A stretch of DNA of 64,000 bases. It comes from Nitrosopumilus sp. Lineage in GTDB: Archaea; Thermoproteota; Nitrososphaeria; Nitrososphaerales; Nitrosopumilaceae. Location: positions 352,001-416,000 of the forward strand of contig OZ242041.1 of NCBI GenBank assembly GCA_965205215.1, read 5' to 3'. The notes below the pieces were generated by a model. That model was not told where the DNA came from. It searched no databases and saw nothing but the letters and a program-made list of their open reading frames with translations. Position numbers and translations under genes: made by a program. Position 1 is the stretch's first letter. Every line of letters starts with the position of its first letter. Shown here piece after piece: positions 38,921-48,449 of the stretch.

Positions 38921-40090
38921 TCATTCCTCTACAAACGGGTTGGGGTGGTTCAGTATTATATCGGATACCTCCGGCCTCAGAACGAACTTTGAGGGCGGCC
39001 TGTGCTCCTGTATCATCTGCCTAAGCTGGGTGCCGCTTATCTGCTCCCTGGCGCCCTCGCCGTGCGGGCAGCACTTTCCGTTGGTATACGTGATGCACTC
39101 GCCGCAGTAAAAGAATGCCGGAAAGAACACGGGTTGTATCTCCAGCTCGGGATACTCTGAGAATATCTCCTGGGCCGCAAACGGATGGTAAAAGGAGCCG
39201 ACCCCGGCGTGGTCCCTCCCTATGATGATGTGCGTGCAGCCGTAGTTCTGCCGCATTATGGCGTGGTGTATGGCCTCCCGCGGGCCCGCATACCTCATCT
39301 CGGTGTGGAGCGTGGCAAAGTGGCACCTGTTCTCCGGATAGTACAGCCGTATCATCTCCTTGTAGCATTTTATTATCACGTCGTCCACAAAGTCCCCCTT
39401 CTTCTTGCGGCCGACCAGCGGGTTGACAAAGACGCCGTCGCGGGTCGTAATCGACGTCTTTTGCAGCATCTCATGGGCTACGTGCGGCGGGTTTCTCGTC
39501 TGAAACGCGCATATGGTCTTCCACCCCGCCTCCTCAAAGGCCTTGCGCGTCTGTACAGGCGTCATCCGGTCCGAGCGCAGCAGCGTGTCCGCGGGCCTCT
39601 GCACATAGTCTATCACGCCGGAGACAAAGTTGTCGTGCAGCGACATCGTGTGGGCCACGCCCGGGTGCGACCTGTCAGTAGTCCCGTAGACGCCCTGGGC
39701 CAGCGCCTCCTTTGCGGGCCTGTACACCTCCTCCGCATGCAGTATGGCGATGCCCGTGCCCTGCGGATCCCTTAGCATGACGTCGCCTGCGTCTTTCACT
39801 GCAGACGCGGTCTCCTCCGTCACGTCAAGTACGATGGGTATGGTCCAGGCCGTGTCGTCCGCGAGCCTGCCCCTCTTGGCGACGCTCTCGACGTCCCCCT
39901 GTCCTAGAAACCCCTCAAGGGGGCTGAAGATCCCGTCCGCGATGTTCTCAACGTCGTTTGCCAGATCGGCCGATATCTGAAGCGAGAACATGTCGCCGTA
40001 CGCGGAGCCGTCGCTGCCGTCGTCGCGCGTGATCATGCGGTTTACAAGCCTGCCGCCGTGCGCCCCGATCGCCCCGCCGTTCTTGGACAT
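38921..40090 (-). CDS. sat: sulfate adenylyltransferase
   Basis: [47 protein letters not shown]. Confidence 0.96.
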   Translation of the reverse strand: MSKNGGAIGAHGGRLVNRMITRDDGSDGSAYGDMFSLQISADLANDVENIADGIFSPLEGFLGQGDVESVAKRGRLADDTAWTIPIVLDVTEETASAVKDAGDVMLRDPQGTGIAILHAEEVYRPAKEALAQGVYGTTDRSHPGVAHTMSLHDNFVSGVIDYVQRPADTLLRSDRMTPVQTRKAFEEAGWKTICAFQTRNPPHVAHEMLQKTSITTRDGVFVNPLVGRKKKGDFVDDVIIKCYKEMIRLYYPENRCHFATLHTEMRYAGPREAIHHAIMRQNYGCTHIIIGRDHAGVGSFYHPFAAQEIFSEYPELEIQPVFFPAFFYCGECITYTNGKCCPHGEGAREQISGTQLRQMIQEHRPPSKFVLRPEVSDIILNHPNPFVEE

Positions 40091-40134
40091 GTACATGCTC
40101 CCTTGGGGTTCTATATGAAACCACGCCCTACCTA

Positions 40135-41460
40135 CAGTCAACGCAAATGTGCCCCAAGAGAGGGGGCGCAAGGCTATAATGCGCGCATATGAAAAAGATC
40201 TATATGTGACGTCTTAAGGCGGCTGATTGCGAATTGAAGAAAAGCCGCCTAAGACGATCTGCGCGGGGTTACGCGATATATCAATCTATTTTGCGTAGCC
40301 TGCAGCTGGGGGACCTGTCAAGCGCGCTGCCATTCTCGAGCAGGTACAACGCACTCTACGGCAAGGAGGACATGGACTTTGTCATGTACGAGGCGTGCAT
40401 GAGGAATCGCAACGTGACCTCCATCGCGATGGACAGGAACGGCACCAACGTCGGGCAGCCCGGTGCGCGCGCCCTGCCGTGCGGCGAGCGAATGATGCAG
40501 TGGATGAGGGCCGTCGACGGCGTGAGCCTGCGCGAGCTGTTCATAAGGGACACGGGGATGTACGTGGACCGCATGAAGGCGATGGGACTGTTCAGCGGGC
40601 CCGTCGACATTGCAATCGACTTTCACTACAGGGAGAGATACGACAAGAGGGACGGCCCCGAACTGGTGCGCAAAAAGCCAAGGAACGGGACCGACAGGTT
40701 CGAGGGATATGCCACGGCTCAGTGCGTCGTCAACGGGGAAAAGCTCGTGCTCGGGGTGGTTCCGGTGCGCAAGCTCCAGTCCACCCCCGACTTCGTGCCT
40801 GAGTTAATTCACATATGCGGCCGCGTGGGGGTCGAGATCGGCCTCGTCATGATGGACCGCGAGTTCTTCAACACGGGGGTGATAAGGTACCTCAGCGAAA
40901 ACGGGATACGGTTCCTGATCCCGTGCAGGAACACCGACACCGTCGTGGACGCGCTGGGGCAGTACTCGAGAAGGGCCAGGCACCGCGTGTCGGAGCTGGA
41001 GATAAGCGAGGGCGGCGGGGGGCGCACGGCCACGTACTGGGCCGTAATAACGGAGAGGAGGCGCAGGAAAAAACACGCGCCGTACCCGGAGCCGCCGGAG
41101 GAAAGGTACATCGCGTTTGCCACCAACGTGCCGGACGCGGACCCCGACAGGTACGGGCGGCGGTGGAACATAGAGACCGGATACAGGCTGCTTGAACAGG
41201 GCAATGCAAAGACGCGGTGCAGGGCCCCGGCGGCCCGGATGTTCTGCTTCATGTACACGTGCCTCTTTTACGACGCGTGGATAATCGCCAGGGCCCTGAT
41301 GTCCCGGGCGTACCTCCTGATGGGAACCGCAAACGCCCCCGACCTCAAGTGGGGGGAGTTTGCAGGGGCCCTCCACAACCTTCTCACCGATCCGACCCTC
41401 GAGCCGAAGCCCCCGCCAGACCTGCCGGAGGGCTTGTTCGAGTCACATTTGCGTTGACTG
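40135..41460 (+). mobile_element. ISH3-like (IS4-superfamily) insertion sequence, 1326 bp
   Basis: Perfect 17-bp TIR CAGTCAACGCAAATGTG (40135-40151) / CACATTTGCGTTGACTG (41444-41460); flanking direct repeat TACCTA at 40129-40134 and 41461-41466. Confidence 0.92.
40234..41457 (+). CDS. DDE transposase (ISH3-like)
   Basis: IAIDFH, MMDREFF, YGRRWNIETGYR; stop codon lies inside the right TIR. Confidence 0.9.
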   Translation: MKKSRLRRSARGYAIYQSILRSLQLGDLSSALPFSSRYNALYGKEDMDFVMYEACMRNRNVTSIAMDRNGTNVGQPGARALPCGERMMQWMRAVDGVSLRELFIRDTGMYVDRMKAMGLFSGPVDIAIDFHYRERYDKRDGPELVRKKPRNGTDRFEGYATAQCVVNGEKLVLGVVPVRKLQSTPDFVPELIHICGRVGVEIGLVMMDREFFNTGVIRYLSENGIRFLIPCRNTDTVVDALGQYSRRARHRVSELEISEGGGGRTATYWAVITERRRRKKHAPYPEPPEERYIAFATNVPDADPDRYGRRWNIETGYRLLEQGNAKTRCRAPAARMFCFMYTCLFYDAWIIARALMSRAYLLMGTANAPDLKWGEFAGALHNLLTDPTLEPKPPPDLPEGLFESHLR

Positions 41461-41468
41461 TACCTACA

Positions 41469-42185
41469 TCAGACGGGATCCACGTGTATCCCGCACTCCA
41501 AGTCGCTACCTGACTCCCACCACCACCTGCCGTCGCGCAGCGACTGGCCGGGCTTTACGGGACGCGTGCACGGCTCGCATCCTATGCTCAGGTAGCCTCG
41601 GTCAAGCAGCTCGTTGTATACGACATCGTGGGACTTGATGTAGTTCTGGACGTCCTCCCACGTCCAGTTTATGATGGGGTTTATCTTGACGATGCCGCCG
41701 TGCGCCGCGTCGAGTTGGAACATATTGGCGGCGTGGCGCAGCTTCGTCTGTTCGTGGCGCAGGCCCGTGATCCAGCCGTCAAGCGTGGCAAGCATGCGGT
41801 TTATGGGGTGCACCTTGCGCACCTTGCAGCAGAGCTTGCGATTCTCCACGCTCTCATAAAACAGGTTGACCCCCTTTGCGTTGACCATCTCCTCGACCTC
41901 GGCCGCGTCGGGAAACACCACCTCCACCGCCACGCCGTACTTTTTGCGGATCCTGTCGATGGTGTCGTAGGTCTCCCTTGGAAGCCTCCCCGTGTCCAGG
42001 GTGAAGAACCGGAACTCCGGGTTTATCTTCAGCATGATGTCGATCAGGACGGCATCCTCGGCCCCAAAGCTGGAGGCCTTTGCCACCCTCGGGTGCAGGT
42101 TCTTAGAGGCCCATCTGAGCGCGTCCTCGGCGGTGGTAATCGACGAGTTCAGCTCGTCCACATCCTTCTGGGTGAATCTTGGCAT
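41469..42185 (-). CDS. cysH: APS/PAPS reductase (4Fe-4S type)
   Basis: SSFGAED, LDTGRL, CCKVRK, SIGCEPCT, GRWWWE, ECGIH. Confidence 0.95.
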   Translation of the reverse strand: MPRFTQKDVDELNSSITTAEDALRWASKNLHPRVAKASSFGAEDAVLIDIMLKINPEFRFFTLDTGRLPRETYDTIDRIRKKYGVAVEVVFPDAAEVEEMVNAKGVNLFYESVENRKLCCKVRKVHPINRMLATLDGWITGLRHEQTKLRHAANMFQLDAAHGGIVKINPIINWTWEDVQNYIKSHDVVYNELLDRGYLSIGCEPCTRPVKPGQSLRDGRWWWESGSDLECGIHVDPV

Positions 42186-42205
42186 GCGCCAAGACCGCGC
42201 GTTTG

Positions 42206-42226
42206 TTATATATTGATTACATCAAT
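42206..42226 (-). promoter_or_regulatory. cysH TATA box with adjacent palindrome
   Basis: TATATAA on the minus strand about 25 nt upstream of the ATG, abutting ATTGAT-N3-ATCAAT (42212-42226). Confidence 0.55.
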
Positions 42227-42443
42227 CCGTGGAAAGCCTGAGGATCCGGTCCACGACCGTACCAAACGGTATCCTGGGGCCACTGCTGCAAACGATCTAC
42301 CGGCGCCGGCCCCAAGTACATGACCCCCCCAATCCCCAACATCACTTGGCCACGGAGAGCATGAACAAGCCTGCCGTTCTGACGCGACGGCCAATGAACA
42401 CGGGCCCGTGGGAGGTGGGCGCGTCCTTAACGCATATAACATA

Positions 42444-43139
42444 ATGCGCCGGCCTCGTCTTGTGGCCAGGCGGCAGGTAGAAAAGGTCTCGGCATCATTA
42501 TCGTCATCATCATCACCAGCATCATCATCATCATCTGCGACGCGCGCCACGCTGAGCGTGGTGATCCTCATATCCGGCAGGGGAAGCAACATGGAGGCGA
42601 TAATACGGGCCGTGCAGGCGGGCCGCATACCCAACGTCAGCGTAAGACGCGTCATATCAAACGTGGCCGATGCCCCCGGCATGGAGACGGCCCGGCGGCA
42701 TGGGATAGAATGCAGCGCCATATCCGACATGGGCGAACTGGCCACCAAGCTGCGGCAGCTAAAACCCGACATAGTCTGCATGGCCGGCTTTATGCGGATA
42801 GTGCCCCCCGAGATTGTCAGGGAGCACACCGTCCTGAACATACACCCGTCCCTGCTGCCGATGTATCCGGGGCTGCACGCGCAGAGGCAGGCGCTGGAGG
42901 ACGATGCAAAGTGGTCCGGATGCACCGTCCACTATGCAGACGAGGGGGTCGACACGGGCCCGATCATAGTGCAGTATGCGGTGCCGGTAAGGCCCGACGA
43001 TACCGAGGAATCCCTCTCAGGGAGGATACTCGAAAAGGAGCACGTGGCGTATCCCCACGCCGTAATGCTGGTCGCGGGGCGCATTGCAAGGGAGCGGGCG
43101 CAAGTGACTGGCGGGGGCGCCAGCACAAGGCAACGCTAG
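42444..43139 (+). CDS. purN: phosphoribosylglycinamide formyltransferase
   Basis: ISGRGSNMEA, AGFMRI, LNIHPSLLP, SGCTVH..EGVDTGPII, EH. Confidence 0.93.
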   Translation: MRRPRLVARRQVEKVSASLSSSSSPASSSSSATRATLSVVILISGRGSNMEAIIRAVQAGRIPNVSVRRVISNVADAPGMETARRHGIECSAISDMGELATKLRQLKPDIVCMAGFMRIVPPEIVREHTVLNIHPSLLPMYPGLHAQRQALEDDAKWSGCTVHYADEGVDTGPIIVQYAVPVRPDDTEESLSGRILEKEHVAYPHAVMLVAGRIARERAQVTGGGASTRQR

Positions 43140-43170
43140 GTTAAAAACGCACACCGGCCTCAACACGGCG

Positions 43171-44343
43171 ATGGAAGAGGCCCCCTCGTACGTGCTGGTC
43201 TTTCCAACCGTATTTGCACGGAAGAGAATCCCGCAGCTGACTGCAAATATCAAGACAATCCTGAGAATACGCGGGCAGGAGTTCAGGTCGGTTGGCCGCG
43301 ACGGCGACATCATACTGGTGCACGCAAACGACCCGGTCTTTGCATCGTCTGCCATAGGGCTGCTGTTCGGGGTCAGGAAGGTGGCCATAGCAAGAAGGGC
43401 CGGCAACGGCCTCGACGAGCTGGTCTCCAAGATTGTGTCGGTGGGCGGCAACCTCCTGCTGAGGGGGGAACGGTTTCTGGTTACGGTGGAGGGCACCACG
43501 AAGGGGTTCATCGCAAAGGATGCCGAGGTGGCCGCCACGTCAAGAATCATAGAGAGAAAGGAGGAGTTGGGGGCGGTTCCCGGGACCGAGAGCAGGTTTG
43601 ACAGGGAGATCTACGCGTACGTGACGCCAAGGAACGCGTACGTCTGCATATTTTCGGACGGGGGCGCGGGGGGCGTGCCGACCCAGCGGGACGGCCGGAA
43701 GGATGCGGCGTGCGCCGTATATGACGAGCTGTCCGCCGCGTCGTGCCTTGAGTGCATGCGCCAAGGATACGACGTCTCGATAACCGTCTTTTACAAGAAC
43801 AGGGCGGGGCTGCTGAACCTGGCAAGGCTGCTGAACCGGCTGATTCCAAGGATGCTGAGGCAGGAGATCGAGCTGGAGTTTGTAAGGATGGGCGGCGGCG
43901 GTAGCCGGGGCCGCGGAGGCCGCGGCGTCGGTGGAAAGTACCAGGCCTTCGTCGGGGCCGTCACCGGCGCCATGCAGGCCATGCAGGGGCCGGGCTCCAG
44001 AATGGCGCTTGCCACACCCCCCGCCGCGTTTCCGGCCGACGTCGTGGACGCCCACGTGCTGTACGTAACCGAGCACGGCATGATGCCGCTCGTGCCCCTT
44101 GTAGGAACGGGCGAGGACGGCATCTACGGAATCGCGCGCGAACTGGTGCTGGGGGACGCCGGCGTCAAGAGGCTGGAAAAGGAGATCGCAATGGCGGCCA
44201 CGGCCGGAGGGACGGCCGACGCAGGGTGGCAGGACGGCACGGTCAGGGCGGAGCCGGCCCAAAAGGTCACCGTCCGGGTGGGCGCAAACAACACGCACGA
44301 CATTCTCGACTCGCTGTATCCGGAATCATCCGGATCGTCCTAG
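43171..44343 (+). CDS. THUMP-domain ThiI-like protein with degenerate PP-loop
   Basis: THUMP-like N-half, GAGGVP linker; YDELS where ThiI has SGGxDS. Confidence 0.65.
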   Translation: MEEAPSYVLVFPTVFARKRIPQLTANIKTILRIRGQEFRSVGRDGDIILVHANDPVFASSAIGLLFGVRKVAIARRAGNGLDELVSKIVSVGGNLLLRGERFLVTVEGTTKGFIAKDAEVAATSRIIERKEELGAVPGTESRFDREIYAYVTPRNAYVCIFSDGGAGGVPTQRDGRKDAACAVYDELSAASCLECMRQGYDVSITVFYKNRAGLLNLARLLNRLIPRMLRQEIELEFVRMGGGGSRGRGGRGVGGKYQAFVGAVTGAMQAMQGPGSRMALATPPAAFPADVVDAHVLYVTEHGMMPLVPLVGTGEDGIYGIARELVLGDAGVKRLEKEIAMAATAGGTADAGWQDGTVRAEPAQKVTVRVGANNTHDILDSLYPESSGSS

Positions 44344-44390
44344 GGCATCAGGCAGATCACAATTTAAACGGGCAGTGGTCTTGGCGCCTC

Positions 44391-45677
44391 ATGCGCAAGA
44401 TAGGACAGTTCATCTACCCGTGGGGGGGCGGCCACTATTCTAGAATGATGAGGTTTGACAGGGCGCTGGCGGACCGGATGGGCGGCGATGGGGCGGCGGA
44501 GGTGCATTACTCAAGCAAGGGCCGCATATACCAGAGGCTTCTTGAGCGCTTTGGGGCGGCGGAGGGCCAAACCGACAGAATACACGAGATCCTGATGCCG
44601 ACCCCCATAGACGGCGACATGGGCCCCAGCCTCTCAAGGTCGCTTGCAAACCTGCTGCTCCCGGTGGAGGGAAACCCGGCCCTCGTATCGCAGATCGCCA
44701 ACTACCTGCGCCAGGAGCGCAGGCTGTACGACACGCAAAAGTTTGATCTGGTGGTAAACGACGGCGACGTGGGCTCAAACATACTTGCAAGCAACAGGGA
44801 CATACCGTGCCTGTTCGTCACAAACCAGTTCAAGCCCAGACTGTACAGAACGCGGGCGTACCTGTACCCCGCGGTCGGATTCATAGCAAAGCAGATAGCA
44901 AAGGCCACCAAGATTCTGGTGGCCGACTCACCGCCGCCGCACACCATATGCGAGCACAACCTCAACTTTCCAGACGAGGTCGAGAGGGAAAAGGTCGTGT
45001 ACGTGGGCCACTTTACGGAGGACCGCGGCGGAGACGGAGGCGCAGGACCGACTGCAGCAGCAGAGAAACGGTCCGACACGAACCTGGCCAGGCTGCTTGG
45101 GCAGAACGGCACGGGGGGCTTTGGGTACTGGATGCGCACGGGCAACAAGTCCACCAACGACGGGACCGGCAGGAGGTACGAGGAGGCCTTTGCAAGGGAC
45201 GAGATGAGGGCAGAGCGCAGGATAATCTCGCATGCAAGAAACGACGGCAGCATCGACTCGGTGACTGATGCGGACGGCAGAAGGTACACCATAGCAGAGG
45301 CCGCCGACAGGGGGGTAGACTGGATCCAGATCGACGTGGGTTTTCTGGCCGAGGGCGACAAGGACACGGTGCTTGGCGCGTGCGACTATGCCGTGATCAA
45401 CGGCTCGCACACGGTAATGGGCGAGATAATGGGAGGCAAGGCAAAGCCCATCATAGGGGTCCCCATATACGACGAGCACACGAACAACATAAGATGGGCC
45501 CACGAGCGCGGACTTGGCGCCCTGGCAAACAACACGGGACAGATCATCGAGGCCATACGCGACATAAGGCGCAACAGATCCGAGTATGCAGACAGGCTGT
45601 CAGAGTTCTCCAGGAACTTTGACGGGGGCGGGGCCCAGAACGCGGCCAAGATCGCGGCTGACATCCTCGGGGAATAG
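44391..45677 (+). CDS. GT-B glycosyltransferase (GT28/MJ1255-like)
   Basis: WGGGHYSR, DLVVNDGD, FVTNQ, INGSHTVMGE, KPIIGVPIYDEH. Confidence 0.8.
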   Translation: MRKIGQFIYPWGGGHYSRMMRFDRALADRMGGDGAAEVHYSSKGRIYQRLLERFGAAEGQTDRIHEILMPTPIDGDMGPSLSRSLANLLLPVEGNPALVSQIANYLRQERRLYDTQKFDLVVNDGDVGSNILASNRDIPCLFVTNQFKPRLYRTRAYLYPAVGFIAKQIAKATKILVADSPPPHTICEHNLNFPDEVEREKVVYVGHFTEDRGGDGGAGPTAAAEKRSDTNLARLLGQNGTGGFGYWMRTGNKSTNDGTGRRYEEAFARDEMRAERRIISHARNDGSIDSVTDADGRRYTIAEAADRGVDWIQIDVGFLAEGDKDTVLGACDYAVINGSHTVMGEIMGGKAKPIIGVPIYDEHTNNIRWAHERGLGALANNTGQIIEAIRDIRRNRSEYADRLSEFSRNFDGGGAQNAAKIAADILGE

Positions 45678-45784
45678 GGATAATAAGACGCGGCGCATGG
45701 CCGACGTAGGTCCGGCGCGCGGCAATGTTCGATGGGCGAACGGACCGAAAGGGATGACGAGATGAGCCGCGCGTTGGACTGTCC

Positions 45785-45808
45785 ATTATTATTATTATTA
45801 TCATTATT
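45785..45808. repeat. (ATT)n microsatellite
   Basis: ATTATTATTATTATTATCATTATT in an otherwise GC-rich intergenic region. Confidence 0.8.
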
Positions 45809-46124
45809 GGAGATGGCCACAAATGCCTAATTTGCGCACGAATCCACGCGTTCCGCATCATTAGATGGGCTGCGCCGTTTTTGAAAGCTGTAAGAAGGGG
45901 GCAACGGCCATGCGCCGGTTACAGTCCTTAGGGAGCGCCGAGCAGATCCCAGACCGTCCAAAAATATGTGGACATAAAATTAGGGTGCGGCCAATACCGA
46001 CGGGCCGCGCCAAATTTTGATGCGGCCCTTCGGGCGCGTCCGATCTGGCAAGCCGCGAAACGGTACCCGCGTCCGAACCGCTATCGGTAAGGCTTTTTAA
46101 GGAAAAAATTTGGCGTCAAGATAC

Positions 46125-46433
46125 ATGCCCAACTGTCCAGAATGCGCGGCAAAGGAGAAGAGGAAGATACAGGAGCGGTACGAGGAGGAGACGCCCGAGG
46201 AGGACAGGGGCAGGGACGACCTGTACAAGCTGTTCGACCAGATCGAGATCCCCATGAAGCTCGACACGGCCACAAAGCACTTCATATGCAAGCGGTGCGG
46301 ACTGTACGCCACGAGGGAGCAGGTGTCGGACATCAGGTACAAGCTGAACCAGCGTGAGAAGACGCGCGAGGACAGGCAGGATGACTACCTGAACTGGTGG
46401 CAGAAGAGCAAAAAGGAAAAGCAGGAAGAGTAA
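46125..46433 (+). CDS. hypothetical zinc-ribbon protein
   Basis: CPEC...CKRCG, DDYLNWW. Confidence 0.85.
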   Translation: MPNCPECAAKEKRKIQERYEEETPEEDRGRDDLYKLFDQIEIPMKLDTATKHFICKRCGLYATREQVSDIRYKLNQREKTREDRQDDYLNWWQKSKKEKQEE

Positions 46434-46804
46434 TGCCAGACGAGCTTCCTGACTGGGTAGTCAGCGACATCGAGAATGCTGAGTTTACGGACGCCAGAAG
46501 GGTGGACGGGACGGGGGTCATACTGGAGCTGTATGACAAGGACAACAAGGCCGACGTGCAGCTGTACGAGCCGGTGGAGGACGGAAGGCACATCATTACG
46601 ATGGACGTGCCTGCCGGCACCGATACGAAGATCTTGGAGAAGGGCATGGTGTACTGCTTTGTATTTGAGCAGCACAAGGCCCCGCTTGGCAAAAAGACAG
46701 TCGAGTACCTGCTGAATGAAAAGGGCATAGAGATGGACGCAATCTACAGGTTCGGGCTGCAGTCGCTGGAGGCAGTCGACGCGGGCGGGGCGGCCGGCGA
46801 CTAG
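46433..46804 (+). CDS. conserved hypothetical protein
   Basis: TAATG-coupled to the previous gene; coding-like composition. Confidence 0.8.
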   Translation: MPDELPDWVVSDIENAEFTDARRVDGTGVILELYDKDNKADVQLYEPVEDGRHIITMDVPAGTDTKILEKGMVYCFVFEQHKAPLGKKTVEYLLNEKGIEMDAIYRFGLQSLEAVDAGGAAGD

Positions 46805-46853
46805 GCGGCCGGCGACGGACAGGGGGGAGACGCGACGGACAGGCGGCGCGCTG

Positions 46854-47657
46854 CTAGCGCATGTATTTTTTGAACGCCCTTCCAAGTATGGGGTTTATCA
46901 CGAACGGAAACGTGTGCTTGAGCCACACCGCGGCGCGGACGGGCGGCGGCACTATGATCTCGAGCCTTGGCGAGCCTGCGGCCTGCAGCACGGCCTTGGC
47001 GACGGTGCCGGGGCCCAGCGAGGCGGCCGGGCTGCGCGGCACATTCTCAAAGCACGGATGATCAAAGAACTCGGTCCTGACCATTATGGGGCTGACCACC
47101 GTTACGCCCACGCCGGTCCCCCTCAGCTCGTGCTTCAGCCCCTCGGAGAACCCCAGCATCGCAGACTTGGAGGCGCAGTACGGCGCGATGCCGGGCAGCC
47201 CAAAGCTCGCGGCAACCGACGCCACGTTGACTATGTGTCCCGAGCCCCTCTCGAGCATGCTGGGCAGCAGCCCCTTCGTGCAGTATACCATCCCAAGGTA
47301 GTTGGTCTGCATCTGCGACTCGATGTCCTCGACTGACAGCGCGGACACGGCCCCGCTGATCGCAAAGCCCGCGTTGTTCACCAGAACGTCGATATCCGAG
47401 AACTCGTCGAGCGCCAGGCGGGTCATGCGCGAGACCTGCTCCCTTTGCGACACGTCGCACTGGTACGCCTTGGCGCGGACGCCGTATCTGGATTCGAGCG
47501 AGGACGCGGCGGCATCAAGCACGTCCTTTCTCCTTGCCACCAGGGCCAGGTTGGCGCCCCCGCGCGCAAACTGTATCGCGGACTCCCTGCCTATCCCGGA
47601 TGAAGCGCCAGTGACAAGGACCGTCTTGCCGGTGAAATCCACAATGTCGTAATACAT
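46854..47657 (-). CDS. short-chain dehydrogenase/reductase
   Basis: TGASSGIG, NNAG, YCASK. Confidence 0.93.
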   Translation of the reverse strand: MYYDIVDFTGKTVLVTGASSGIGRESAIQFARGGANLALVARRKDVLDAAASSLESRYGVRAKAYQCDVSQREQVSRMTRLALDEFSDIDVLVNNAGFAISGAVSALSVEDIESQMQTNYLGMVYCTKGLLPSMLERGSGHIVNVASVAASFGLPGIAPYCASKSAMLGFSEGLKHELRGTGVGVTVVSPIMVRTEFFDHPCFENVPRSPAASLGPGTVAKAVLQAAGSPRLEIIVPPPVRAAVWLKHTFPFVINPILGRAFKKYMR

Positions 47658-47755
47658 GGCGGGGATAAAGTGGTTTTGCCGGCGGTGCGCCTCTCACGCG
47701 GCGGCCCTTGCGGCGCCTCCTTGCACGTGACGCCGCGCCGCAGGGGAACGGCGGT

Positions 47756-48385
47756 TCACGCGCGGAGGCGCCCCAGTATGTAGTCGGATCTGAGCAGGTA
47801 CCGAATCTTCACGGACTCTTCTATCTCTTTTTGCTGCGCGTCGGATCCCCGGAACACCACGCACATCAGATGGTCGCACTCGTATCCCGCGTCGCGGATT
47901 ATATCTACCGCCCTGAGCGCCGAGCCGCCGCTTGTAACCACGTCCTCCACCACGACTGCAGGCGACTCTATCACGCCCTCTATCATCTTCTGCGTCCCGT
48001 GCCCCTTGCGGCCCTTCCTTACGAAAAAGGACGGCAGCGACGGCGACGACGGATCCCGCCTGTGGAGCTGCCCGCTCAGGTGCGATATGGCCGCGGCAAT
48101 AGAGATTGAGCCGGACTCTATGCCGCCCACCGACCGCGGCGCGCCCATCCGCACCATCATGTCATACAGGGCCGCGGACACGGCGCCTATGCCGTCCGGA
48201 TCGCCGCACAGCAGCCTGAGATCAAAATAGTGGTCTGACATCTCGCCCGATGCCAGCCTGAACTCCCTCCTGTCAGAGAGCCTCAGGGCCCCCGTCCTTT
48301 GCAGAATCGCGACGAGCTCGTCCCTCCCGCCGCCGGGATCGCTTGCTGGCGCGTCGGACATCGCGTAACGGCGCGTCATTTTCAA
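47756..48385 (-). CDS. pyrE: orotate phosphoribosyltransferase
   Basis: FRLASG..SDHYFD, VRKGRKGHG, VVEDVVTSGGS. Confidence 0.9.
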   Translation of the reverse strand: MKMTRRYAMSDAPASDPGGGRDELVAILQRTGALRLSDRREFRLASGEMSDHYFDLRLLCGDPDGIGAVSAALYDMMVRMGAPRSVGGIESGSISIAAAISHLSGQLHRRDPSSPSLPSFFVRKGRKGHGTQKMIEGVIESPAVVVEDVVTSGGSALRAVDIIRDAGYECDHLMCVVFRGSDAQQKEIEESVKIRYLLRSDYILGRLRA

Positions 48386-48449
48386 TTAAAGTATTCTCCG
48401 GCGGCGGCGCCGCAGGCCCGCCGCGCGGCAGGCAGAGGGGCACAGGGCC

